From: a virus
Taxonomy: Duplodnaviria; Caudoviricetes
Reading direction: 5' to 3' (one strand)
Virus record (IMG/VR): IMGVR_UViG_3300036900_000217
Span: 1-54,073 of that record
Length of the DNA: 54,073 bases
The notes beneath the pieces were generated by a model. The model ran no database searches, was not told where the DNA came from, and worked only from the letters and a program-made list of their open reading frames with translations. This document shows, piece by piece, positions 36,569-45,413 of the stretch (positions are counted from its first letter, which is position 1; every line of letters starts with the position of its first letter). Made by a program: the position numbers and the translations under genes.

Positions 36569-36760
36569 ATGAATCTCTACCCACTGATTTTCGCCCTCAT
36601 CGCCATCGTGCTCGGCGCGGTCGTTTCCGCTGTCTGGCCGAACATGGATGCGCAGTACAAGCGGTTGCTCTACATCGTGATCGCCGTCGTCGTGGTCGTC
36701 TGCATCATCGCCGTGTTCTGGCCGCTGTTCGACCGCGGCATGTCGACGCGAGTCACCTGA
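36569..36760 (+). CDS. Two-TM holin-like protein
   Basis: GGAG RBS. 63 aa with two strongly hydrophobic helices. Confidence 0.6.
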   Translation: MNLYPLIFALIAIVLGAVVSAVWPNMDAQYKRLLYIVIAVVVVVCIIAVFWPLFDRGMSTRVT

Positions 36761-37026
36761 TGACCGTCCGCACGCTGCTCGTGACGATCGGCGCGGTGGG
36801 CGGCGCCTTCGCGTCGATCGCGACCGTGACCGGCTACGCGCGATCGTACCTCGACGGGCGGTACGTTGCCGCGCCCGTGTTCGCGCTCTATGTGCACGAC
36901 GACTCGTTGCGCCATGTGTTCGCACAGCGTGAGCGTGCGCGAACCGCGCAGGTGATCGACTCAATCGAGAAGGCGCACCAGCGCCCCGAAGGTGGCAGGG
37001 TGCTGCAGGCGGGGAATCCGCGATGA
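36760..37026 (+). CDS. Small single-TM protein
   Basis: TGATG overlap and an N-terminal hydrophobic segment. Confidence 0.6.
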   Translation: MTVRTLLVTIGAVGGAFASIATVTGYARSYLDGRYVAAPVFALYVHDDSLRHVFAQRERARTAQVIDSIEKAHQRPEGGRVLQAGNPR

Positions 37027-37520
37027 CCGGGCCGGCAGTCGTCGCGGTCGAGGTGAAGAGCGGCCGCAGGGCCGCCGACTGGCACGTGCTGCCGAAAAGT
37101 GGCAAGAGCATTTTCTATTATTTGCTAGGCATGCTAGTAGACGAGAACGGCAAGCCGAGCATGTCGCGGTGGATGTTCGCGATCTGGACGTACGTCGGCT
37201 GGGTCATGATCCGCCACGAGCTATTGCTGAAACCTGGCGACGTCTCGATCTCGAATGCTGCTTGGGGTGCCTGGTGGGCAGCAGAGGGCGCCATCTCCCT
37301 GGCGGTGTTCGGCCCGCGTATCGCCTCCTACTTTGGTGCCGGCGCTGCGGGAGCTGTGGCGGGCATCGGATCGAGCATTCGCGATGCGGTTGCCACGATC
37401 GTCACGAAGGTCGATTCCATCAACGCCGCGCCCGCCGCCACGCAAGTCAATGTAAACCAGCCCGCCGCTCCGGCACCCGTCCCGGACGCCGAGACGCCGG
37501 TTCCCTCGCGGGAGGGCTGA
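37023..37520 (+). CDS. Holin-like membrane protein
   Basis: DENGKPSMSRW motif followed by two TMs. Lies directly upstream of the endolysin. Confidence 0.6.
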   Translation: MTGPAVVAVEVKSGRRAADWHVLPKSGKSIFYYLLGMLVDENGKPSMSRWMFAIWTYVGWVMIRHELLLKPGDVSISNAAWGAWWAAEGAISLAVFGPRIASYFGAGAAGAVAGIGSSIRDAVATIVTKVDSINAAPAATQVNVNQPAAPAPVPDAETPVPSREG

Positions 37521-37521
37521 G

Positions 37522-38199
37522 ATGCCGTCGACGAAAGTCGCCCCGGCCGGAACGCTTGGCTTCGACACGAATACGCCGCTCGATGCCGAGGGCGCGGTCG
37601 CGTTCTACGAGCACGGGTATCGGTTCGCGGTGCGCTACGTGCGGCGCGTCCTGGCGCGCGCGAACGATCTGAGCGTCGCCGAGATCCAGCGACTTCACGA
37701 CGCGGGGCTCGCCGTCAGCGTCGTGCAGCACGTCGAGTCAGAAACCTCGTGGGTGCCCTCGGTCGACAAAGGCGCGGAGTACGGCGCGAACGCCGCCGCT
37801 GCGACGGGGCTCCTCGGCATTCCGCAGGGCGTCGTCGTGTGGTGCGACCTGGAGGGCGTCGCGCGCGGCACGCCCGCAGCGACGACGCTCGCGCATTGCA
37901 ACGCGTGGTTCGAAGCAGTCGCGGGTCAGGGCTACGTCCCCGGCATCTACGTGGGCTGGCACTGCGGCCTCACGCCCGACCAACTCTATCGCGGCCTCAA
38001 GTTCGCGCACTTCTGGGGGGCTTATAATCTGAATTCGGACGAAGAGCCGGCGATCCGCGGGCTGCAGATGAAGCAGCACGCCGCACTGCACAAGGACGTT
38101 CCGGCGGGACTTCCCTACTCGATCGACGTCGACACCGTGCGCGCCGATAATCTCGGCGGCCTGCCGATCGTCTACGCGCCGGACGGGTGGTTGACGTGA
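37522..38199 (+). CDS. Endolysin, DUF1906/GH25-like glycoside hydrolase
   Basis: GFDTN...GYRFAVRY...DLSVAE...AGLAV...VWCDLE...GYVPGIYVG...IDVD motifs. Confidence 0.85.
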   Translation: MPSTKVAPAGTLGFDTNTPLDAEGAVAFYEHGYRFAVRYVRRVLARANDLSVAEIQRLHDAGLAVSVVQHVESETSWVPSVDKGAEYGANAAAATGLLGIPQGVVVWCDLEGVARGTPAATTLAHCNAWFEAVAGQGYVPGIYVGWHCGLTPDQLYRGLKFAHFWGAYNLNSDEEPAIRGLQMKQHAALHKDVPAGLPYSIDVDTVRADNLGGLPIVYAPDGWLT

Positions 38200-38564
38200 C
38201 GCTTCCCGTGCCGCAGATCTCGCCCGCCACGATCGACACGTGGCGCATGGACGCGCCGATCACGGTCATCGCCGCCGGGTATCGCATCACGATTCCCGAG
38301 GGGACGCTTTCGGACGGCGCGAGCATTCCGCGGATCTGCTGGCCGATCGTCTCGCCGTTCGAGGTCTCGGTCATCGCGCCATTCGTACACGATCTCCTCT
38401 ATCAGCGCCTCGGGAAGATCGACGACTTCACCACGGTCGGCCGGAACGTCGTCGATCGGATCTTCTACGACCTGATGAAGCAGGAAGACATCTACTGGTG
38501 GCGTCGGTGGCTCGCCTTCCGCGCCGTGCGGATCTTCGGCGGCTCGCACTGGAGGGCCGCGTGA
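38196..38564 (+). CDS. DUF1353-family protein
   Basis: IPEGTLSDGASIPR...VHDLLY...DRIFYDLM...AVRIFG motif. Confidence 0.85.
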   Translation: MTLPVPQISPATIDTWRMDAPITVIAAGYRITIPEGTLSDGASIPRICWPIVSPFEVSVIAPFVHDLLYQRLGKIDDFTTVGRNVVDRIFYDLMKQEDIYWWRRWLAFRAVRIFGGSHWRAA

Positions 38565-38905
38565 GCGCGCCGGAGCATGGCGACATGGTTCGCGACGGGC
38601 GCGATGTATGGCCGGACGACGCGCCGCCGGGGACGTTCGACATCGTGCCGCACGGCATGGAAGGCTACCCGGGCGTGACGGCGCACATGACGTTCGAGTG
38701 CCCGAACCGTCATCGGTGCTCGGTTGCGCTCGCGCCGCAACCGATTCCGCGGCCGAGCGACGACAAACTCTACGTCTGGGGCTGGGACGGCAACGTCGAG
38801 CGGCCGACACTCACGCCGTCAATCAACTGCGTCGCCGAGAAGAACGGCAAGTCGACGGGCGGCTGCGGCTGGCACGGCTTCATCACAAATGGCGTGATGC
38901 GATGA
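38561..38905 (+). CDS. DUF6527-like zinc-binding protein
   Basis: FECP...WGWDGNVERPTLTPSINC...CGWHGFITNG motif. Confidence 0.65.
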   Translation: MSAPEHGDMVRDGRDVWPDDAPPGTFDIVPHGMEGYPGVTAHMTFECPNRHRCSVALAPQPIPRPSDDKLYVWGWDGNVERPTLTPSINCVAEKNGKSTGGCGWHGFITNGVMR

Positions 38906-39585
38906 CCGCGCCTCGCTCCGTCGAGCAGGATCTCGAGGCCGTGCTCGCCGCGGCGAAGATGCACCGCCGCGCGTCGTATATCCTTGCGGCGATCGTCCTC
39001 GGCCTCGTCATCCTCTTCCTGTTCATGTTCTGCCGGGCGCAGCCGAACGTGATTCCGGCGAAGGATCAGCAGGCGCTCGACGTGCAGCATGGCACGCAGA
39101 AGGGCTACGACTCGACGCGGAAAGAGAACGTGAAGGCCGAAGGCGCGAGCGTGCTTCGGTCGTCCACACACGTCCGCCAGGCCACGACGTCGCTACACGC
39201 GGCGGATTCGTTGCACGTCATCGCCCTCGCACTGCAGAAGCTCGCCGAGGCGCAGCGCGACACGTCGTCGCGCTGGTATGGCGTAGCGATGATCACGCAG
39301 AAAGAAAACGATTCGCTGCGCGCGTCGAATCGAGGTCTGGACTCGGCCTTGCAACAGCAGAAGATCGCGACGGCGTTCGCCGATCAGCGCGCGCGCACCG
39401 ATTCGATCCGCCTCGTCGCCTCCTCGCAACTCAACGATCGGCTCGCGAACGATGTGAAAACGGCGGGTCAATGCCGTTTCGGCCACGGGCTGTTTCAGTG
39501 CCCGACGCGAACGGAGACCGCCGTCACCGTCACGATCACCACGCTCATCGCGAAGGCGATCATCGACTCTCGGAGAAAACCGTAA
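38902..39585 (+). CDS. Spanin-like protein
   Basis: N-terminal TM, long coiled coil and a hydrophobic C-terminus, downstream of the endolysin. Confidence 0.5.
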   Translation: MTAPRSVEQDLEAVLAAAKMHRRASYILAAIVLGLVILFLFMFCRAQPNVIPAKDQQALDVQHGTQKGYDSTRKENVKAEGASVLRSSTHVRQATTSLHAADSLHVIALALQKLAEAQRDTSSRWYGVAMITQKENDSLRASNRGLDSALQQQKIATAFADQRARTDSIRLVASSQLNDRLANDVKTAGQCRFGHGLFQCPTRTETAVTVTITTLIAKAIIDSRRKP

Positions 39586-40076
39586 TGCCAAGCCCCAACG
39601 CATCGGACCAAGGCCAGGCGCACGCGCACCCGTCTGCGCACGCGCACATCTGGCTCGACGTACTCCTCACCCCGCTCGCCCAGGATGGGTCGGTCAACGG
39701 GAGTGATGTAGTGCAAGCCCTCACGCGACTCGCGCGTGCGGTAGAAGCAAACACCCTCCTTTTGGAGACCATCATGGCATCAGTCGCAGAACTTCAGGCA
39801 CAAGCGGACGCGCTCAAGCAGGCCGTCACGGATGGACTCGCGCGCATTCAGGCGCACGAGGACGCGGAAGCCGCCGCCGACACGGCGCTGCAGGCGCAGG
39901 TCGCGACGCTGACGCAGGCGAACACGGACCTGCAGGCGCAGATCGACGCGCTCAAGGCGGGCGGCACGGACACGACGGCACTCGACGCCATCCTGGCGAC
40001 GATGAAGGACGCTACGGCGCAGATCGGCACGATCGATCCCGCCCCGGCGCCCGTGCCGGAAACGCCGGTTCCGTAG
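39585..40076 (+). CDS. Coiled-coil protein with probable internal start at 39774
   Basis: TAATG overlap. A second RBS, TTTGGAGA, precedes ATG 39774. Pro-rich C-terminus. Confidence 0.6.
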   Translation: MPSPNASDQGQAHAHPSAHAHIWLDVLLTPLAQDGSVNGSDVVQALTRLARAVEANTLLLETIMASVAELQAQADALKQAVTDGLARIQAHEDAEAAADTALQAQVATLTQANTDLQAQIDALKAGGTDTTALDAILATMKDATAQIGTIDPAPAPVPETPVP

Positions 40077-40078
40077 TC

Positions 40079-40708
40079 GTGAACCGGGCAACGAGTTTCC
40101 TCCTTGGCGCGCTCACGGTGGGCGCGCTGGGGATTGCCGGGCCGCGAGTCGAGACAATGGCGCGGGAGTCGATCGCTATTCGCGTCGGCGACACGCTCGT
40201 CATGCACTATTCCGTGCTGACGGACACGGTGCTCGGTGTCGCGCCGAGTCGTGTCATCGCGAAGCGCTGTGGCTCGAGCAAGATGTTCTGGCGGCCGTGG
40301 AAGTTGCGACCGGCTACGCAGGATTCGATCGTGGCGTCGGCCGATACGGTCTCCGTCAGCGTCTTGGCGCCCGTCGGCGGCTCGTGCACGTCTGAACTGC
40401 CGGTGCCGTCGCCTTCGGACAGCGGCAGTCTGGGCTTCTTTCTCTCGCCGACTGGCCACTGGTGCGCGGGAACTGTCTCCGACACGAGCGTTCACGTCTC
40501 GCGCTGCACTGCACCGTCGGATCAGTGGCTAGGCTTCCTCCGCGTGTGGAGCGGCGTGGCGCCCGTGAATCCTGCGACGGGTGTCTCGCCGATCGATCAT
40601 TGCGAGACTGGCCCGCTCGATCCGTCGGGGATGTTTCACCGATTCGACTGCGCGGAGACGACGAAGGTCAAGAGCTTGACCAACACTTGGCCCCACGTGA
40701 CCCCGTGA
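40079..40708 (+). CDS. Exported Cys-rich protein
   Basis: N-terminal signal/TM segment, six Cys, beta-rich. Confidence 0.55.
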   Translation: MNRATSFLLGALTVGALGIAGPRVETMARESIAIRVGDTLVMHYSVLTDTVLGVAPSRVIAKRCGSSKMFWRPWKLRPATQDSIVASADTVSVSVLAPVGGSCTSELPVPSPSDSGSLGFFLSPTGHWCAGTVSDTSVHVSRCTAPSDQWLGFLRVWSGVAPVNPATGVSPIDHCETGPLDPSGMFHRFDCAETTKVKSLTNTWPHVTP

Positions 40709-41229
40709 CGGCGTACCGCGACTCGATGGCTGCGGCCGAGGCAGAGTTCACCCTCCTTGAGTCGAGGCGCGTCTCGTGGCACGGTGCGCCGATTCGGCAT
40801 CCGCGTCGCGCTCGGGTGGGCGAGCCGATACCGGCTCGGCGGCCGCGGCGTGCCTGGAAGTGCAAGCATCGGGATCGGCGGCATCATGCTCGCGGCCTTT
40901 GCAAGTCGTGCTGGACGCGAGACCAGAGGTTCCGTCTGGGAAAAACGCAGTTCCAGCGAAAGCAGAACGATGATCCCAAAACGCGGCCGACCTGCCATCC
41001 AAGCCGCACCCACTACGGCAACCGTCTATGCGAATCGTGCTACCGCGCAGCCGAGGCTCGATGCGCGCGGCACGTCCGCACCGCCGTGAAAAAGCTGTAC
41101 TTCATGCTCAACGGCCGCGGCGTGCGGTTCGATGAAAAGCAGGCGATCGAACAACTCACGGCTGCGGTTGGTGACGTGCTCGCGCGACGCCGCACGGCGG
41201 CCGCAACGCCAGCGATTTCTCTTTCCTGA
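40705..41229 (+). CDS. Basic zinc-finger protein
   Basis: CKH...HHARGLCKSCW and CHP...HYGNRLCESCY repeats. Confidence 0.55.
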   Translation: MTAYRDSMAAAEAEFTLLESRRVSWHGAPIRHPRRARVGEPIPARRPRRAWKCKHRDRRHHARGLCKSCWTRDQRFRLGKTQFQRKQNDDPKTRPTCHPSRTHYGNRLCESCYRAAEARCARHVRTAVKKLYFMLNGRGVRFDEKQAIEQLTAAVGDVLARRRTAAATPAISLS

Positions 41230-41239
41230 GACCTGACCC

Positions 41240-41980
41240 ATGTCGATCTTGACCACGGATCTCCAATGCTTCGACGCGGCGAGCGTGCCGACGGACGATG
41301 TGTCCACCTCGGGCGGCGCGATCTCGGCCGTCTCTCGCCCCGATCTCGTCCAGTGGGCGGCGCCCAACATCGCGCAGGTCGTCTCCGACGGCGCCGACAC
41401 GCGCACGGTCACGATTACGGGTCGCCTCGCGACGGGCGTGGTCGACACGGAAGTGCTCACGCTGAACGGCACGACGCCGGTCTCTGGGGCGAAGACGTGG
41501 GAACGCGTGCAGAGCGCGGTAGCCTCGGCGACGAGCGGTACGCGCACCGTGCTCGTGAAGGAGGCCGCGGCGGGCACGACGCGCGCGACGATCCTCCCGA
41601 ACGAAACGACGCGCCACATCTCGTTCCAGAACTCCTCGAGCGACCCGGTCTCGACCAAGACGCGCGTCGAGAAAGTGTTCTGGAAGAACACGAACGGATC
41701 GCTCACGCTCACGCAATCGACCGTCACGCTAACGACAGACGCCGCGGCGAACATCATGATCTCGACCGATGCGGCGATCGATGCGACGACCTCCGTCGCG
41801 AACCGACTGACGTCGACCGGCTTCAGTTTTGTCGACGACACCGTCGCGATCACGGTGCCCGGTGGCGGCAACATCCCGGCCGGCTCGCGCATCGGAACCT
41901 GGATCCAGCAAACGCTCGCCGCGGGTGCCGCGGCCACGAAGTCGACGTACACCACCAAACTCGCCGGCAGTTCGATTTAG
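41240..41980 (+). CDS. Putative virion structural protein
   Basis: 246 aa, Thr/Ala/Ser-rich beta protein that opens the second structural cluster. Confidence 0.6.
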   Translation: MSILTTDLQCFDAASVPTDDVSTSGGAISAVSRPDLVQWAAPNIAQVVSDGADTRTVTITGRLATGVVDTEVLTLNGTTPVSGAKTWERVQSAVASATSGTRTVLVKEAAAGTTRATILPNETTRHISFQNSSSDPVSTKTRVEKVFWKNTNGSLTLTQSTVTLTTDAAANIMISTDAAIDATTSVANRLTSTGFSFVDDTVAITVPGGGNIPAGSRIGTWIQQTLAAGAAATKSTYTTKLAGSSI

Positions 41981-42007
41981 CGCGCGCACCCTCCGGAGAC
42001 TCAACCA

Positions 42008-42379
42008 ATGGACGAAGCAACCACGCTCGACCCCGCGACGATCACGACGCGCAAGGACGCCGAGGCGTTCGTGCGCTCGATACACCTAACGTGTCGGGGC
42101 CCGAAGAGCGAGAAGCACGCGGCCGCAATCGCGCAACTGCTCGACGAGGGACGGAACGCGGAAGCGGCCGATATGGATGACGCCAGTCGGCGGCATCCGC
42201 TCACGGGCGCGTACAACTGCGGCGCGAACACGAACGACGTCATTTGTGCCGGCCCATTCGACGGCGCCATTCACGAATACACCTGCCCGCGATGCGGCGT
42301 GCACGCACGCTACCGCGCACCGCTCTTTCCTGGTCTATCAGAAGCCGACGCCGCTGATCCGGCCGTCGCGACCACCTAA
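42008..42379 (+). CDS. Zinc-ribbon hypothetical protein
   Basis: GGAG RBS. YNCG and YTCPRCG motifs. Confidence 0.6.
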   Translation: MDEATTLDPATITTRKDAEAFVRSIHLTCRGPKSEKHAAAIAQLLDEGRNAEAADMDDASRRHPLTGAYNCGANTNDVICAGPFDGAIHEYTCPRCGVHARYRAPLFPGLSEADAADPAVATT

Positions 42380-42401
42380 CCGCTGACAACCGGATACTCA
42401 C

Positions 42402-42959
42402 ATGGGACGGCAACTCTTCACGGAAGGCCCGTACATCGATCCGCCGGTCGCGTCCAACCCGGGCGTCACGGGCGCGGCTGGATCGGCCCTCGTCTCGACC
42501 TCGGCGGAAGCGCTCTGGATCGGCGCGCAGTTCACGCCCATCTATGCCAACGATCCGAAGGCCGGGAAGATTTACACGGTTCGGGCCGGGGGTATTCTGT
42601 CGACCGGCGCGTCGGGAACGCTGATCCTGATTCCACAGTACGGCGCGTTGGGCGGCACCACGCTCGGGACCTCGATCACACAGACGGTTCCGATCAACCT
42701 GACAAATGTTCCGTGGTATCTGGAATTCACGCTCGTGTTTCGGACGATCGGCAGCGGTGTCAACTCGACGTGTATCGGGACAGGGTATTTCCAAGCGGCA
42801 GGCACGGCCGCGACGGCTGGCTCCAGTTTCGATCTCGCCTTCGGCGGAACGTCGGCGACCGTGGACGTCACGGTCAATTCCGGCATTACGATCAGCAAGA
42901 CGTTGAGCGTCGCCGGCTCCTTCACGACGCAATACGCCTTCATTCACGGTTACAATTAG
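42402..42959 (+). CDS. Putative virion structural protein (jelly-roll-like)
   Basis: Gly/Thr-rich beta protein, 185 aa. Confidence 0.55.
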   Translation: MGRQLFTEGPYIDPPVASNPGVTGAAGSALVSTSAEALWIGAQFTPIYANDPKAGKIYTVRAGGILSTGASGTLILIPQYGALGGTTLGTSITQTVPINLTNVPWYLEFTLVFRTIGSGVNSTCIGTGYFQAAGTAATAGSSFDLAFGGTSATVDVTVNSGITISKTLSVAGSFTTQYAFIHGYN

Positions 42960-43029
42960 TCCGATTGCCGAGCGACGCCGCTCGTGCATCGATGCGCCTC
43001 GAATGCCTTTTCACGTTGAGCGAACTTTT

Positions 43030-43254
43030 ATGTCTCTCGCAAGCGATTACGCCGCCGCCGTTGCCGCGGCGGCCGGCGATGTGGTGACGGCTGCCGCTAC
43101 AGCTCCCGCGCCCCTTACGGGACCGAACGGGCACCTCGAAGTCACGCCACAAGGAAACCTGCGCGCCGTGCCGGGGCCGGGCGTGGGAGCGGTGGAGATC
43201 CCTGCCGCTGCGGTCCCGGCAGCGATCGCGTGGCTCACGACCAACTTCGTCTAG
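43030..43254 (+). CDS. Small Ala-rich hypothetical protein
   Basis: ATG 43030. Fits the operon. Confidence 0.55.
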   Translation: MSLASDYAAAVAAAAGDVVTAAATAPAPLTGPNGHLEVTPQGNLRAVPGPGVGAVEIPAAAVPAAIAWLTTNFV

Positions 43255-43257
43255 GCC

Positions 43258-43596
43258 ATGCCGGGATCATTTCAGTCGAACGGCATGTGGGGCGTTCCCC
43301 GCGTGCCACGATCGATACCCGTTGTTCGCAACTTCGACGATACGCCGACGGGGGCGTACCAGTACTACTACTCGATCGCACTGCAGGCAGTCGATGGAAG
43401 CGGCACGCCGCTCCCGGGCGCGATCGTATCCCTCTTTCGTACCGTCGACAATTCGTTCGCCGGATTAGCCGTCACGGACGCCAACGGCAATTTTCGGCTC
43501 GCCGCGTCGCAGTTTATTCAGCACTACCTCGTCGCCTATTTGACCGGTAGCCCAGACCTCGCCGGCACCTCTGTGAACACCCTGGTCGGCACATGA
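43258..43596 (+). CDS. Prealbumin/carboxypeptidase-regulatory-like domain protein
   Basis: GTPLPGAIVSLFRT...AVTDANGNF motif. Confidence 0.6.
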   Translation: MPGSFQSNGMWGVPRVPRSIPVVRNFDDTPTGAYQYYYSIALQAVDGSGTPLPGAIVSLFRTVDNSFAGLAVTDANGNFRLAASQFIQHYLVAYLTGSPDLAGTSVNTLVGT

Positions 43597-43603
43597 GGAA
43601 TCA

Positions 43604-43798
43604 ATGATCCATATCGTGATCCAGTTCGACGAGACGACGGGCCAAATGAACATCAACGCATCCGATAGTAATAAGATGCGCTGCTGCTGGATCCTTGAAC
43701 TCGCGCGCGATGAAGTAAAGAAACACGAGGACCCGTCGGCTGGGCATATCGCGCTGGTTCCACCCGGCATGCGACTGCCGATGCGCAACGGATCGTGA
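43604..43798 (+). CDS. Small hypothetical protein
   Basis: GAGG RBS and GTGA overlap with the next gene. Confidence 0.5.
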   Translation: MIHIVIQFDETTGQMNINASDSNKMRCCWILELARDEVKKHEDPSAGHIALVPPGMRLPMRNGS

Positions 43799-45030
43799 CA
43801 TTTATTGTCGCGGATCGGGTCAAAGAAACGACCGCGTCGACGGGGCCGGGAAACCTCGCCCTCAGCGGCGCCTCGGTCGGCTTCCGCGCATTCTCGTCGG
43901 TCTGCGCGAATAACGACACCGTTGCCTACACGATCTCGTCGGCGGGGGGCGTCGAATGGGAGACGGGCGTCGGCACGTGGCAGGCGGGCAACACGCTCGT
44001 CCGCACGGCCGTCATCGCGTCGTCGAACGCCAACGCGGCCGTCAACTTCTCGGCCGGCACGAAGGACGTCTATCTCACGGTCCTTGCGACGCAGGTGCCG
44101 GACGCGACACGGATTTGTGACGGGCGGCTCACGCTGACGAGCGGTACGCCCGTCACGACCGCCGATGTCACCGGCGCGACGTCGGTCTTTTTCACGCCGA
44201 TGATCGGCGACCAGATTGGGCTCTTCAACGGCGCCGCGTGGCGGCTCTACCAGTTCTCAGAAATCACGATCGCGCTCGGCACGCTCACGTCCGCCAAGAA
44301 CTACGATATCTTCGCGTACGACTCTGGCGGCGTGGTCGGGTGCGTGATCGGGCCCGCGTGGACCTCGGACACGGCGCGCGGATCAGGTGCAGGGACGACA
44401 GAGCTCACGCGGTTGAACGGCGTGTTGGTCAACAACGTCGCCATCTCGGGCGGCCCGGCGGCGAACCAGGGCCGCTATCTCGGCACGTTCCGCACGACGG
44501 CGACGACCACGACGGAAGATTCGGCTGGTGGCGTGACGACGCAGGTCGGCGGGAAACGGTTCTTGTTCAATCAGTACAACCGCGTCCAGCGTGCGCTCTC
44601 GGTGATCGATACCACGGATAACTGGTCCTATACGACCAATACCGTCCGCCAGGCGAATGGTGCGGCAGGGAACCGGGTGGAGTATGTCGTTGGCGAGGCG
44701 GCTGTGATGCTCGACGTAGAGGTGCTCGGGATCGCGTTTATAGCAAACAACTCAGCAAATGCCGCCAAAATGGGTGTAGGCATTGACAGCACGACCACGC
44801 TCTCTGGCACGGTGCAAGGGGGTTACGAAGCGCTCGCGTTTTCTGGCGCCAACGCGGATCCCGGCAATGGCCTCTATGTCCCGTTAAATGGCAACTTTAT
44901 CGGGTATCCAGGTCTCGGCTATCACACCCTCAACTGGAACGAAAAGGGCGCTGACGTGAATTGCACGTTTCTAGGGGATAATGGTGGCGACGGACAACAG
45001 GCCGGCCTGCTCGCAATGCTCATCATCTAA
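43795..45030 (+). CDS. Fibre/receptor-binding-like structural protein
   Basis: N-terminal ADRVKETT..TG.G...EWETGVGT...SSNANAAVNFSAGTKDV module typical of phage fibre proteins, followed by a GRLTLTSGTPV module. Confidence 0.7.
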   Translation: MTFIVADRVKETTASTGPGNLALSGASVGFRAFSSVCANNDTVAYTISSAGGVEWETGVGTWQAGNTLVRTAVIASSNANAAVNFSAGTKDVYLTVLATQVPDATRICDGRLTLTSGTPVTTADVTGATSVFFTPMIGDQIGLFNGAAWRLYQFSEITIALGTLTSAKNYDIFAYDSGGVVGCVIGPAWTSDTARGSGAGTTELTRLNGVLVNNVAISGGPAANQGRYLGTFRTTATTTTEDSAGGVTTQVGGKRFLFNQYNRVQRALSVIDTTDNWSYTTNTVRQANGAAGNRVEYVVGEAAVMLDVEVLGIAFIANNSANAAKMGVGIDSTTTLSGTVQGGYEALAFSGANADPGNGLYVPLNGNFIGYPGLGYHTLNWNEKGADVNCTFLGDNGGDGQQAGLLAMLII

Positions 45031-45404
45031 TGATTCAACAACTCACCGTCGAGCGCCTCGTCGCCGCCCTTGCGGCTCTCGCTCCCATTGACGGGGTGAG
45101 CGTTGGGACGTTCGGTGTCTCATCGAGCGTCCGAATTGATTTTCAGGCGGCTGCCACGACCACGCAGAGGTCCAACGCGGCGGCGGCGCTCACAGCATTT
45201 GATTGGTCCGACGCCGCGAGCCTCGCGTGGGAACAGCAACAGAATCCGAATCAGACCGCCCTCTTTGCTGCTGCCGCGCAAGCGGTGACTGACAACCTGA
45301 CGTTCCTGGCGATCGCCACGCCGACACAGACGCAGGCCGTCGCGCAGGTTCAAGCGCTGACGCGGCAGATGAATCAGGTGATTCGCTACCTCGCGCAGTT
45401 GTAG
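45030..45404 (+). CDS. Putative fibre chaperone/accessory protein
   Basis: TAATG overlap with the fibre gene. PIDGVSVG...RIDF motif and C-terminal helix. Confidence 0.5.
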   Translation: MIQQLTVERLVAALAALAPIDGVSVGTFGVSSSVRIDFQAAATTTQRSNAAAALTAFDWSDAASLAWEQQQNPNQTALFAAAAQAVTDNLTFLAIATPTQTQAVAQVQALTRQMNQVIRYLAQL

Positions 45405-45413
45405 GCCCGGCCG

